DNA of 64,000 bases, taken from contig OX597824.1 in the NCBI GenBank assembly GCA_951406725.2, positions 71,610,001-71,674,000 on the forward strand, read 5' to 3'. Below, piece after piece: positions 52,327-64,000 of the stretch. The notes below the pieces were generated by a model. It had not been told where the DNA came from. It saw only the letters and a list, made by a program, of their open reading frames with translations, and did not search any database. Made by a program: the position numbers and the translations under genes. Source of the DNA: Octopus vulgaris. Its lineage: Eukaryota. Every line of letters begins with the position of its first letter. The first letter of the stretch is position 1.

Positions 52327-54044
52327 CTGTAAACAAAGTGAAGTAAAAGAAAATAAACAGGTTTGAAATTGAACTTTGAAAGCAATTTTGTTATAAAGTA
52401 CATATATATATACACATGCACCATTTTAGTTGGGTTTTGTGTTATTCTTTCACTGGACTACTAATATAATAATAATAATGAAATTATTGTATACAGTGCT
52501 CAGGTGCACCACAACTTGTCAGAAAGTGCATATAAAGTACATGCAGTAATGTAAAAATGTCTGGAAAGCGAACAATGTATGAGTCAGATACATACGTGTG
52601 TGTAAGGAGGGGAGAAAATCAGGTGTAGTGTTGGCGAATCTCAGAAAGCATGGAAGTTTTGAAGGATGCAGTGCTCCGACAACTAACAACTGATGCCGGC
52701 AGTTTGTTCCATGCTTCAGCAACTCTCAGCGTGAAAAAATGTTTCCTGAAGTCATGGGAGCTGTGCTGTTTTCTGACTTTGTAAATATGTCCACGGGTGT
52801 TAGATGGGCGGAGTTTGAAAAGGTGCTCAGAGTTATTGTTTGTACGATGGTTGATAATTTTATGAGTGTCTGCCAAGTCAGCTGCCAAACATCGGAGTTT
52901 CAATGTGTCCATGCCCAGGGAAGTAAGGCGTTCAGGATATGGCAAATGCCTGATGGAGGGTATTCTTTTGGTTGCACGTCGCTGAACAGCTTCCAGACGA
53001 TTGATATCCTGGGCAAGATAGGGGTTCCAGACCGGTGATGCAAATTCCAAGTGAGGTCTTACCATAGCTATATGTTGGTGCACTGTCTTCAAGAGATTTA
53101 GTTGATCATGTAAACTCCAGTACTTATTTCAGTTTGTTTATTATAATTGCTATTTTATGAATGGCTATCTCTTTTACTTGTTTCAGTCATTTGACTGTGG
53201 CCATGCTGGAGCACCACCTTCAGTTGAGCAAATCGACCCCAGGACTTATTCTTTATAAACCTAGTACTTATTCTATCGGTCTCTTTTTGCCGAACCACTA
53301 AGTTACGGAGATGTAAGCCCACCAGCACCGGTTGTCAAGTGATGTCGGGGGACAAACACAGATAACACAAATATATATACATATATACGACGGGATTCTT
53401 TCAGTTTCCGTCTACCAAATCCACTCACAAGGCTTTTGTCAGCCCAAGGCTATAGTAGAAGACACTTGCCCAAGGTGCCACACAGTGGGATTGAACCCGG
53501 AATCATGTGGTTCATAAGCAAGCTACTTACCACACAGCTACTCCTATGCTATGTTAACTTTTTGATGTAAAAAGCTTCAACTGAACACACTATTTTACAC
53601 TGGTATGGGCAAATAAAGATGCATACATTGACTTTCCACAATGCCTTAGCTATTTTTAAGACAGTAAGGCGATTCTGATAGAGACTTGGGGATTTGATGC
53701 CTCACAGGTAACAAAACTGAGTGGCAGTACAATGTATTACCGATCTTCTGACATGTACCAGCATGAGAATATGACTGTTATAATGACTCATAAATAATAA
53801 AATTCTATTTATCTTGTATCTTTCACTTGCGTCAATCATTGAATTGTGGCCATGCTGGGAAGGGTTTTAGTGAAATAAATCAATCCCAGTACTTATGTTT
53901 CTTTTTTTAAACCTGGTACGTATTCTATTGAGCTACGTTGTTGAACCACTAAATTATGGGGAACATAAACAAACCAATACCAGTTCTCAAGTGGTGGCAG
54001 GGGCACTAACAGAAAGACACACACATATACAAACGTATGTGTGC

Positions 54045-54088
<44 letters not shown>

Positions 54089-57000
54089 CAAAGTGAGATA
54101 GGGGTTGTGAGTGTAACCCTCTATGGGATAACATATATCCAATATACTGCCAGTAAAGCACCCAGAAATGCTAATGTATATATATATATGTGTGTGTGTG
54201 TATGAATGGTTTGAACACAATTTTCATCCACCATATTCACTTGAAGCATTGGTTGACCAGGTACTATATAATACAAAACACTTGCCCAAGGTGCAGTGCA
54301 ATGGGACTGAACCTGAAACCATGTGGTTATCAAACAAGCTTCTTAACCACAAAGCCATGCTTGCACTTATTAGTTGTTAAAACAGAAAGTTAAAATGGAT
54401 AACACCCAAAATTAAATTTTAAGTCCTATGAAAATCAGGTTAGTAAACAAAAATGAACTTACCCTGCCTTCTAAAAACACTGTGATAGCATTATAATAGC
54501 CTGAACATAGAACCAAATCTGAAGAACAATCTGGAAGGCGAAGTGGTTGTAAATCGAGTATTGGCTGAGATACTCTGGCATATTCATCGACAGATATCTG
54601 AAATATTATGCACTAAAGTTGAAGTTGTAATACATACAATGAAAGATGTAAGTTTACAGTAACCAGATCAAGTAGATCAAAATATGTATACTACTGAGAA
54701 AATACGTATTTTGAAACTAATTTTCAAAGAGACTTTTTTTTTTTTGTCATAACTTTTTAGCATTGAAACCAGCCATATACGGCCAAAATATTCTACCTTT
54801 TTCTTTTTCTTTTTTTACTGGTTTCAGTCATTTGACTGTGGCCATGCTGGAGCACCACCTTTAGTCGAGCAAATCGATCCCAAGACTTATTCTTTGTTAG
54901 CCTAGTACTTATTCTATCGGTCTCTTTTGCCGAACCGCTAAGTTTTGGGGAGGTAAACACATTGTCAAGCGATGTTGGGGAGACAAACACATATATACAT
55001 ATATATGACGGGCTTCTTTCAGTTTCCATCTACCAAATCCACTCACAAGGCTTTGGTCAGCCCAAGGCTATAGTAGAAGACAGCTAAGTGGCATTTTGTC
55101 CATCTTCATGTTCTGAGTTCAAATTTGCCTTTAATTCTTTCAGGATTGGTAAAATAAGTACCAGTAGACCCATTCCCTAAAATTTCAGGCTTTGTGCCTA
55201 TAGTAGAAATTATTATTATTATTATTATTGTGGATTGGCAGACTCATTAGAGTGTTGGATAAATATACTTTGGTCTTTACATTGCAAGTTCAAATTCCAC
55301 TAAGGTCCAGTCTGCTTTTCATCCCTCCAGAGCCATTAAAAAAAAAGTACCAGTCAAGTATTGAGGTTCATTTGATCGACTAACCTGTTAATTTATGACT
55401 TTGTTAGAGACTTTCTGATAATTAAGGTAGATGAATTGGCAGAATTGGCAGAGTATCAGAAGACAAAATGCTTTGCAGTATTTATTCTGGCTCTTCACAT
55501 TCTGAATTCAAATGTGGCTGAGGTCATGTTTTCTTTTCAATGTACTGGCATCAATAAAATAAAGTACCATTCAAGAGCTGTAGTCAATTAAATCAATTAC
55601 CCACCCCCAAATTTCAAACCTTGTGATTTTAATAGAAAATTATTTTATCATCATTATGACTTCAAAAATCAAAATCGATCAACACCAATGGAAATTGTAG
55701 CTGTGATACCAGTGCCGGTGGCACATAAGAGAACCATCCGAACGTGGCCGTTGCCAGCGCCGCCCCGACTGGCCTCCGTGCCAGTGGCACGTAAAAAGCA
55801 CCATCCGACCATGGCCGTTGCCAGCCTCACTTGGCCTCCGTGCCGGTGGCACGTAAAAAGCACCATCCAATCGTGGCCGTTTGCCAGCCTCGTCTGGCAC
55901 CTGTGCCGGTGGCATGTAAAAAGCACCCACTACACTCATGGAGTGGTTGGCGTTAGGAAGGGCATCCAGCCATAGAAACATTGCCAGATCAGACTGGGCC
56001 TGGTGCAGCCTTCTGGCTTCCCAGACCCCAGTTGAACCATCCAACCCATGCCAGCATGGAAAGCGAACGCTAAACGATGATGATGACTTATGGAATGGCC
56101 ATTATATGTTCAATTCCCACTAAGATCAACATTTTTTCCCCTCCCTTCCTGGGAGTCAGTTTAATTAACTGTATTGTACCCCAGTACTTATATTGATTTC
56201 AAATTTTGGCTCAAGGCCAGCAGCTTTGAGAGAGGGGTCAAGTCAATTAAAATGACCCCAGTCATCAACTAGTACTTATTTTATCGACCCTAAAATGCTG
56301 AAAGATAAAAATCAACCTCGGCAGAATTTGATATCAGAATGTAGAGATGAACAAAAGGCCCCTAAGCATCTTGCTCAGCATGCTAACGATTTTGCCAGCT
56401 CACCACCTTAAATCCCCAGTACTTATTTAAAAACCTATTTCAGATTTGGATACCAGGCCAGCAATTTGGTGGGGACAGTTGATTACATCAACTCCAGTAC
56501 TTCACTGGTTATTTTATTGACCCTCAAAAGGATGAGTTGATTTCAGTGGGATTTGAACTTAGCATGTCAGGAGCCAGATGAAATGCTACTAGGTATTGAG
56601 TAAAGAACCCGAGAAGTGCATGAATGGTGTACAACATTTCATCATCATCATCATCATCAATATTTAAAGTCTGTTTTCTATGTTGGCATAAGTTAGACAG
56701 CTTGACAGGAACTGGCTAGGCGAGGGGTTGCTCCAAGTTCCATAGTCTGTTTTGGTTTGGTTCCTAAAGCTGGATGCACCTTCCTAATGCCAACCACTTT
56801 ACAGAGTATGTTAAGTGCTTTTTACATGGCACCAGCAGCCACACAATATTTCTTCATCATCATCATCGTTTAACGTCCGCTTTCCATGCTAGCATGGGTT
56901 GGACGGTTCAAATGGGGTCTGGGGAGCCCGAAGGCTGCACCAGGCCAGTCAGATCTGGCAGTGTTTCTACAGCTGGATGCCCTTCCTAACGCCAACCACT

Positions 57001-60000
57001 CCGAGAGTGTAGTGGGTGATTTTATGTGCCACCGACACAGGTGCCGGACGAGGCTGGCGAACGGCCACGCTCGGATGGTGTTTTTTATGTGCCACTGACA
57101 CAGGTGCCAGACGAGGCTGGCAGACGGCCACGCTCGGATGGTGTTTTTTATGTGCCACAGACACAGGTGCCAGACGAGGCTTAGTTTTATAAATTAATTG
57201 CTATTATTTTAATATGTAAATGACACTAGGCATTATAAACACCAAAGTAGGCCTGTTGCTATTTTTACTTTCTTTCTCAAATTGGTTTGAAAACATTAAT
57301 TTAGAAAAAAGAAAAAGAAAAAAACCAATAGGAAAACATAAAAATAACTCACCGTAAAATTGTGAAGGAAGTATATTGCACCATTCTCAGTGCCGAGGAG
57401 GACTTGTGTATTTTCTGATGGGTCAGTATCTCTGGCTATGTCACCATTGGGTTGTGCTGGGTAACCTAATATATTGCTGTTTACAAATGAACCTTTACAC
57501 ATCTGGAAAAAAAAAACAAGCTCATTAATTGGAATAAACAGAATATCATCATCAAAATTATTATCATTTCAATGTCTTCCTTTCCATGCTGGAATTTGTT
57601 GCGGCAGATTTTCTATTGCCATCTGTCCTTCCTCTCACCAACACTCAACTGTTTTCAAGCAAGGTAATATTATTTCTCCATGAACGGTCATATTTTGCAC
57701 AGAGAATTGCAAAAGAACCTCACCTGTATAACAGTGATGCTTGTGTACAGTAATCACATGAAAACAAGGGTACACATGCATATGTATATGACAGGCTTTT
57801 TTCATTTTCTTATTTCCTCTTTCTTTACTGCCCACAAGGGGCTAAATACAGAGGGGACAAACAAGGACAGACAAATGGATTAAGTCGATTATATCAACCC
57901 CAGTGCGTAACTGGTACTTATTTAATCGACCCCGAAAGGATGAAAGGCAAGGTTGACCTCGGCGGAATTTGAACTCAAAATGTAGCAGCAGATTTCGCCC
58001 GGCATGCTAACATTTCTGCCAGCTCGCTGCCTTCTTTCATTTTCTGTCTATCAAATCCACTCACTAAGCTTTGGTTGTCTTGGGGTTATAGCAGAAGACA
58101 CTTGCCCAAGGTGTTGCATAGTGGAACTGAACCTGGCATCTCAATTTCTATAAATATCAAATGCTAAAACTCAGTCCATTACCTATCATTGACTATTCTT
58201 AACCACAACATGCCACTAAATATCATCATCATCACTTAAACTCCATTTTCCATGCTTGCAAGTTGGAGAGCTGCACTAGGTCCTAGTCTGATTTGGCTTG
58301 GTTTCTATGGCTCGATGCCCTTCCTAACACCAACCACTTTCTAGAGTGTGTTGGGTGCTTTTATTGTGGCACAAGTATGGGGGCTTCTTACGTGCTCTTT
58401 ACATGGCCTGGCACCTGTGCTTTTCATGTGGTGCCAGCACAGGTGCTTCTCAAGTGAAACTGGCATGGTTGCTTTTTACAGGGTACCAGTTGATTTTTTA
58501 TTTCCCACAAGAGGATAACATAGAAATGGGTACCAGTATGGGTAATTTTTACATGGCACCAGCATATATATATGGATAAAACAGGAAAAGTAGATGAATC
58601 ATTGTAACAATACTGGTACTTTTATAGGACGTATAAAGTTAAAATTCTGTTGATTTTATCATTAATTTTTTTCCCAATTTTTTTTAATGAAATATGAGTC
58701 AGTTATATATCACTACAGTCCACTAATACAGAAAACTAACAACTACAACCCACTACAACTAAATTAGCAGAGGGACACGAAATCCCAACAATGACCAGAA
58801 GTAGAACCCACTTTATAAGTGGACCCTTAGATACAAGACAGTAAAAGAGATACTTACAGCCACTACAACAGCTGGTGCTGTCAGTAGGTTCACAATAGAG
58901 CCATCTCGTAACACAAATATTTGCTTCATGTTGTCTGATATGAGCACATAGCATGACTTGTGGCCATGTTGATCAACGAAGTCCACAGACAAGAGGCTTT
59001 TCACAATTATCTCACCCTTCAGTTCCTGCAGAGTAAACCAATGCATAACATAAATGAATAAATAGATAATAATCTGTTGTATTTAGGAATGGTCATGTTG
59101 CCAGATTAGCCAATAAAAACACATGCACTATATATTTGGTGTTAATTTGCTCAAGATTAAGATTAATGTAAAAAAGTAAAAAAATAAATAAAGCTGAAGC
59201 AAATTAACACCAAATATATAGTGCATGTGTTTTTATTGGCTAATCTGGCAACATGACCATTCCTAAATACAACAATATTGTTTCAATACACAATTTCACA
59301 TAAAGAATCTTGCAAAATAAATATATAGATAATAATCGTTTTTAATTTATGTGCAAAGTCAGCAATTTTGAGGGGAGGGTTTAGTTGACTACATCAACCA
59401 GTACTTGACTAATACTTATTTTGCTAACCCCAAAAGGAAGAGAGGCTAAGTTGATCTTGATGGAATTTGAAATCAGGTTATAAAGTGCCAGAAGAAACAC
59501 AATTAAGCACTTTCTTCAACATACATATGATTCTGCCTGTTCATTACCTTAATAATGACAAGAAGAAAAAGAATTATAATAATAATCCTTTCTACTAAAG
59601 GCACAAGGCCCGAGATTTTAAGAGAGAGGGCCAGTCAATTACACTGAATGCAGTACTTGACTGATACTTATTTACTGAGCCCAAACGGATGAAAGGTCAA
59701 GTCAACCTTGGTGGAATTTGAACTCAGAACATAAAGACTGACAAAATGTTTAGCTGTATTTTGTCCTGCATGTTAGCAATTCTGTCAGCTTGCTGTCATA
59801 ATAATAATGATGATGATTTCTTGCACTGGCACACAGTTACAAATTTGTGGTCAGAGGAAAAACCAGCTATATCAACTCAGCACTTAAGTGGTACTTTATT
59901 TATCAACCCCATAAAGATAAAAGTCTAAGTTAACTTTGGTGAGATTTGAACTCAGAATATAAAGAGCTTCAATTACAATGATTTCTAATATAGGTACAAG

Positions 60001-62840
60001 GACATAAATTTGTTTCTATCAATCCAGTGCATGACTTGTACTTAATTTATCAACTCTGCAAGGACAAAAAGGTGAAATTGACTTTAGCAGGATTTGAACT
60101 CGGAATGTAAAAAAAGCTAAGTAAATGCCACAAAACATTTTGTCAGCTAATTTACCTGCATTGCAGTATTGCAGTGTGTCATCCTACCCAGAAAAGCCTA
60201 AGAAAATGTACATTAGAACAATGTTAAACGAGAACGATCTACTGATCATTTTTGTTTTTTATCCTTTGCCATCAGAAAGATACCTTGTAGTGACTGTATC
60301 AATTCAAAGTCTTTGTTCTGAGTTCAAATTTTACTTCCAGTCAACTTGTAGCAAGAAAATAGAGCTTTCAGGAATAAGCTGTGGATGAGAGGTCTCCAAT
60401 GTCAAACAGAGCAAAACATTGATTGATGCATCATCTCAGTTGCATCAATGCAACAAAAAGGAAAATTATCAGAGCTGCACTGAAGTAGGATAAATGCTGA
60501 AAGAGGGAAAATACAGCGCCTTCTTTAATAATACAAAATGCATAGTGGCATTTCATCTGGCATGCTAATGGTTCTGCCTGGTTTACCTTATCATCATCAT
60601 CGTTTAATGCCTGCTTTCCATGCTAGCATGGGTTGGACGTATGACCGAGGGCTGGTGAACCAGATGGCTGCACCAAGCTTCAATCTTGATCTGGCAGAGT
60701 TTCTACAGCTGGATGTCCTTCCTAACGTCAACCACTCTGAGAGTGTAGTGGGTGCTTTTACGTGTCACCGGCATGGGGCCAGTCAGGCGGTACTGGCAAC
60801 GACCTCGCTCAAATCTTTTACACATGCCACCGACGTGGGTGCCAGTAAGGCGATGCTGGTAACGATCATGCTTGAATGGTATTTTTTATGTGCCACCAGC
60901 ACGGAGGCCAGATAGCCACTCTGGCAATGATCATGTTCGGATGGTGCTCTTAATACCCTACTAGCTTATAATAATAATAATATTTTCATGTGATGAAAAT
61001 ATATACATTACCTTTGTGCATTTGTTATTAAGGTTTATCTTCCATAGTTCCTCTGAAACTTTACTGGCACAGACAATACCAAACTCATCACTTGTCACAA
61101 TGGCTAAATCACCGGCTGAGGATAAGAATCACCAAAAGAAAAACAAAAAAAAAAAAGGATATCATTTAAATTAATTTATTGCAGCATATGATATAAACTA
61201 TAGTGTTTGTGAAAATATTTTTAGTTTTAGCTGAAAAACTCTCAAGCACAAGAAAATATAGCAAGAGACTATATTCTCAATGATTTCAAGATTCCTAGAA
61301 TCTCTGCAGACCTTATATAAGAATAATATTCTTTCTTGTTCAATTGTTTATCATCATCATGATGAATACTCAATATTTATTAAGATATTAGAAAAATCAT
61401 TTAAAATAAACTTCCTTACTTTGATCGGTCCTTATCTGTAAATGACTGATAGCACCGTTGGATAGTTTCTGACGGCTGAGAATTTGTTGGTTGCAGAAGA
61501 TAGTTAACATGCCCAAAGAATCGGCAACTATTAAGTCTTGATCATAGAACTTAGTCACGTCATGAACAACCATGCTCTGTATGGGACCACTTTTTGTTTC
61601 CAGAATTATCTTTGGAAGAAAATATTTAAAGAAATCAAATAATTTCCAAGTTTGTTAATTTCAGAGGTACAACTTGTCTTTGTTTAATTTTTACAAATTA
61701 CAATTTGGTGTTAAATAAAAAAAAATGTGACAAACACCACTTTAATAAACCAATTGAGAGAACCGCAAGAAATAGCAGTTAAATCTCTTTCAGACATACA
61801 GCCTACTGGAAGGGATGAACACATGGAAATCTCTTGGATTAACTATTCCCTAGAGAAGGACAAGATGGTCAGAGCTGGAATCACTTTGTTCAGAAATTTA
61901 CTCAATCACAGCTGAACAATAACAACAACAAAGAAAAGTGACCAAAAACAGTTGGGAAATGTTGTTTTCTGTTCCAATCACACATTCCAAGGAATGTGAG
62001 GAAGACATCACAAATGAAAGATGTCAATCATTACAACTAGAAAAAGGAACAAAGAACAAATTAAATGAAATTACTCAAACAGGAACCATTTTATAGAATA
62101 ATTAAATACACACATTCACATACAACACATGCATACAACTCTCCTAATTTTGTTTTGAAAAGTTAAAAAACACTGGTTTTCCTATTTTCTCAATGATACT
62201 TACATCCTTTACCAATATACAACTGCAAACAAACTTGTCTTATTGGAAACTGAATTTTGAAACCTGACCCCTTTAGCTCACATCAGTTACATCCATACAC
62301 ACTTTTCTTTGCTGATGGTTTGAGCCAAACAGCATTAGCCTTAACAGTTTCACCAGTATGGACAGGCATGCATAGTTTAAGGGTATAAAAAAGTTTATAT
62401 ATCATCATTTATATATATAACAATTTAGAAAGTGATATGAAATAAATCGTTTTTCTTCTTTTTTTTTTTAATGATGGAACTCAAAAGTACATAAAGCTAT
62501 AACTAACAGCACATAGAATATTTGGTTAAAAAAAAACCTTAGATGAAGAAAATTGAAAGCTGCCTGTGGGATACAAACTTACATCTGTAAACACAAGACA
62601 TTCTACTATTGTACCAAAGCAACCCTTCGAAGTTTTTCCAATTATTTTAGAAGCTTTGATCTTAGTAGCAAAAACTGTAAGCTGTTTTTATCATAAACAT
62701 TTAGAAACTTCAAATCGACCATTAAAAAAATATTTCACATATCTCAAACTACTACCTTTGGTTTATTATCCACAGATGATAACTCATATATCCGTATAAT
62801 TCCATCTTCACCTCCAACAATGATTTTCAAACCGGTTTGA
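52192..62840 (-). CDS. Uncharacterised WD40/FG-GAP-like beta-propeller protein, 5'-partial; complement(join(52192..52326,54463..54597,57353..57502,58858..59025,61012..61115,61420..61609,62756..62840))
   Basis: Seven minus-strand exons with GT-AG introns and matching phases give an open 321-aa frame: QTGLKIIVGGEDGIIRIYEL...SMVVHDVTKFYDQDLIVADSLGMLTIF...QVLLGTENGAIYFL...DLVLCSGYYNAITVF...MDIADTDEDGTDEIILGCKDNTIQIIKLSIK*. It has repeated blade-like strands and a DxDxDG loop. Confidence 0.82.
52462..53070 (-). mobile_element. 5'-truncated CR1-like LINE 3' end with (ATT)n tail, in the last intron of the beta-propeller gene
   Basis: ORF 52619..53092: MVRPHLEFASPVWNPY..LEAVQRRATKRI..TRGH..FFTLRVAEAWNKLP. 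Confidence 0.88.
54463..54597 (-). CDS. Beta-propeller gene exon (ISVDEYARVSQPILDLQPLRLPDCSSDLVLCSGYYNAITVFLEGR)
   Basis: ttcag|ATA...AGG|gtaagt; 45 codons. Confidence 0.82.
55700..56087 (+). mobile_element. Retroposon 3' end with ~60-bp internal tandem units and (GAT)n tail
   Basis: Four gtgcc(g/a)gtggcac(g/a)taa units, then ggagtggttggcgttaggaagggcatccagc...aaacgatgatgatg; + copies at ~21830-22208 and ~38390-38686. Confidence 0.8.
56855..57180 (-). mobile_element. Same (GAT)n-tailed retroposon family in reverse orientation
   Basis: catcatcatcgtttaacgtccgctttccatgctagc...; tandem ~62-bp units at 57020-57180; another copy at ~60590-60960. Confidence 0.8.
57353..57502 (-). CDS. Beta-propeller gene exon (MCKGSF...QVLLGTENGAIYFLHNFT)
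   Basis: ttccag|ATG...ACG|gtgagt; within ORF 57296..57502. Confidence 0.82.
58858..59025 (-). CDS. Beta-propeller gene exon (ELKGEIIVKSLLSVDF...LLTAPAVVVA)
   Basis: tgcag|GAA...GCT|gtaagt; within ORF 58813..59046. Confidence 0.82.
59075..59274. repeat. Perfect inverted repeat, 77-bp arms and 46-nt loop
   Basis: 59075-59151 is the exact reverse complement of 59198-59274 by manual comparison. Confidence 0.92.
59340..60170 (-). repeat. Array of about 4 degenerate SINE copies on the minus strand, separated by TAA tracts
   Basis: Recurrent gtacttatttt..cgacccc.aaaggatgaaagg...ggaatttgaactcagaa. Confidence 0.7.
61012..61115 (-). CDS. Beta-propeller gene exon (GDLAIVTSDEFGIVCASKVSEELWKINLNNKCTK)
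   Basis: ctcag|CC...AAG|gtaatg; phase 1-0. Confidence 0.8.
61420..61609 (-). CDS. Beta-propeller gene exon (IILETKSGPIQSMVVHDVTKFYDQDLIVADSLGMLTIFCNQQILSRQKLSNGAISHLQIRTDQ)
   Basis: ccaaag|ATA...A|gtaagg. Confidence 0.82.
62756..62840 (-). CDS. Beta-propeller gene exon (QTGLKIIVGGEDGIIRIYELSSVDNKPK)
   Basis: tttcag|T CAA...AAG|gtagta; WD-like blade. Confidence 0.75.
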
Positions 62841-64000
62841 CTGAAAGAAAGGTAAAAATTCCTTATGTAAAATATATATAAGTTATAATAAATTAATATT
62901 AATTCCTTTTTAACTCAAGACAAAATTTATCTTTCTAAATGATGAGTGCAGACAAGACTAGTTAAAACACATCCCATATTTTCTGGCATATAGGGCACAC
63001 TCCCCCCCCCCAAGTCATCCATACCTTATATACTGAAGGTCAGGCTTTGAGTAGACTTGGTTAATGTTATTAACAATGGATGATACTGGTAACAGTGGCG
63101 ATCAGTAGTGATATTTGATAGTGTTAAGGTATTGTGAATCAACTTATCATGATAGCTACCAAAGGACGTTGGTCAAAATTGTCATGGTTCTTATACATGA
63201 AAATGTGCGAGATATTCAGCTTGGGGATTCAAGGTTAACTGCAATTTCTTTCTTGCAGATTAGGCCTGCCAAATTTGGGGTGTGCCTTATATGCCCCAAA
63301 ATACAATACTTTGCAACTATGTGATTTTAGGTTTCCATCTAACTACATGACACCTTTGACAAGTGTTTTCTACTAATAGCCTCAAGTTGACCAAGGCCTT
63401 TCAAGTGAAATTTAATAGAATAAATTATATGGAAGGATAGAAACAGAAGAAGTATTTCTGTTCCTGGAAAGAGACTTAATCCACTACTTAGTTCAGCATT
63501 ACCATATAACTCTTGGGTGTCATTAGTGAAGAACATCCTATTTCGAGTATTTAGTTAGGTCTTTGCTCTCTGGCCTGTCTTGGGAGGTTTGAAACGAGTC
63601 AAGGGTACAAGTACCTTCCATATTGGACAAAGTAATCAAAAACTATTAATTATATTTTTTTCTTGGGCTTGGGAGAAACTTCGGAAAATTCACACGGCTT
63701 TGTTTCCACATAACTTTCAAAAGGTTTTAATGAAATATTCAACAAATACCTTTCAAAGTGTGTATATTACGATTATATTCGAATTTGATTTGAAAAAAAT
63801 ATCTGTTGGGAACGTATACATACATCACGTATATCTACAAAATGAATCTTCAAATTTCGAAAAAGATTGTGATGTATCAGTATGTATGTGTGCGTGACCA
63901 CCATCTTTTGTTTTTTTTTCTACTTTAAATTCAGATATAACCATAATCTACGTACCCTGAAAGATATTTGTAGAACATTTCATTAAAAAAAATATCCATT

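Noticed and set aside
55669-57180. Regularly spaced ~60-bp repeats resembling a CRISPR array
   Set aside because: Tandem units without unique spacers, inside a eukaryotic retroposon; no cas genes
62204-62410. Strong minus-strand donor (GAT|gtaagt) with a short upstream ORF
   Set aside because: The implied 19-nt exon would break the frame between the 62756 and 61609 exons, and longer versions contain stops

Overview
AT-rich, repeat-dense eukaryotic genomic DNA, probably octopus/cephalopod (inferred from the SINE/MITE landscape, not from a search). Two spliced genes can be rebuilt by hand with GT-AG introns and consistent phases. (1) On +, RPS6KC1 (S6 kinase delta-1-like; PX domain, MIT domain, split pseudokinase) has 12 coding exons from 2235 to the stop at 49136 (3768 nt, 1255 aa visible); its first exon lies upstream of the window. 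(2) On -, a convergent gene I cannot name has at least 7 exons (62840 to the stop at 52192, 321 aa visible) and encodes a WD40/FG-GAP-like beta-propeller; the ORF track almost entirely misses it. The introns hold CR1-like, RTE-like and R4/Dong-like LINE remnants, non-autonomous Helitrons, mariner relics, TTAA- and TA-flanked MITEs, SINEs (some in head-to-tail arrays), long hairpins and Penelope-type hammerhead-like motifs. Most short ORFs in the track are noise. I see no clear wholly new multi-gene system. The best leads are the beta-propeller gene, the hammerhead-like motifs, a repeated DIS(F/D)FDPL motif in RPS6KC1 and hairpins close to splice sites.
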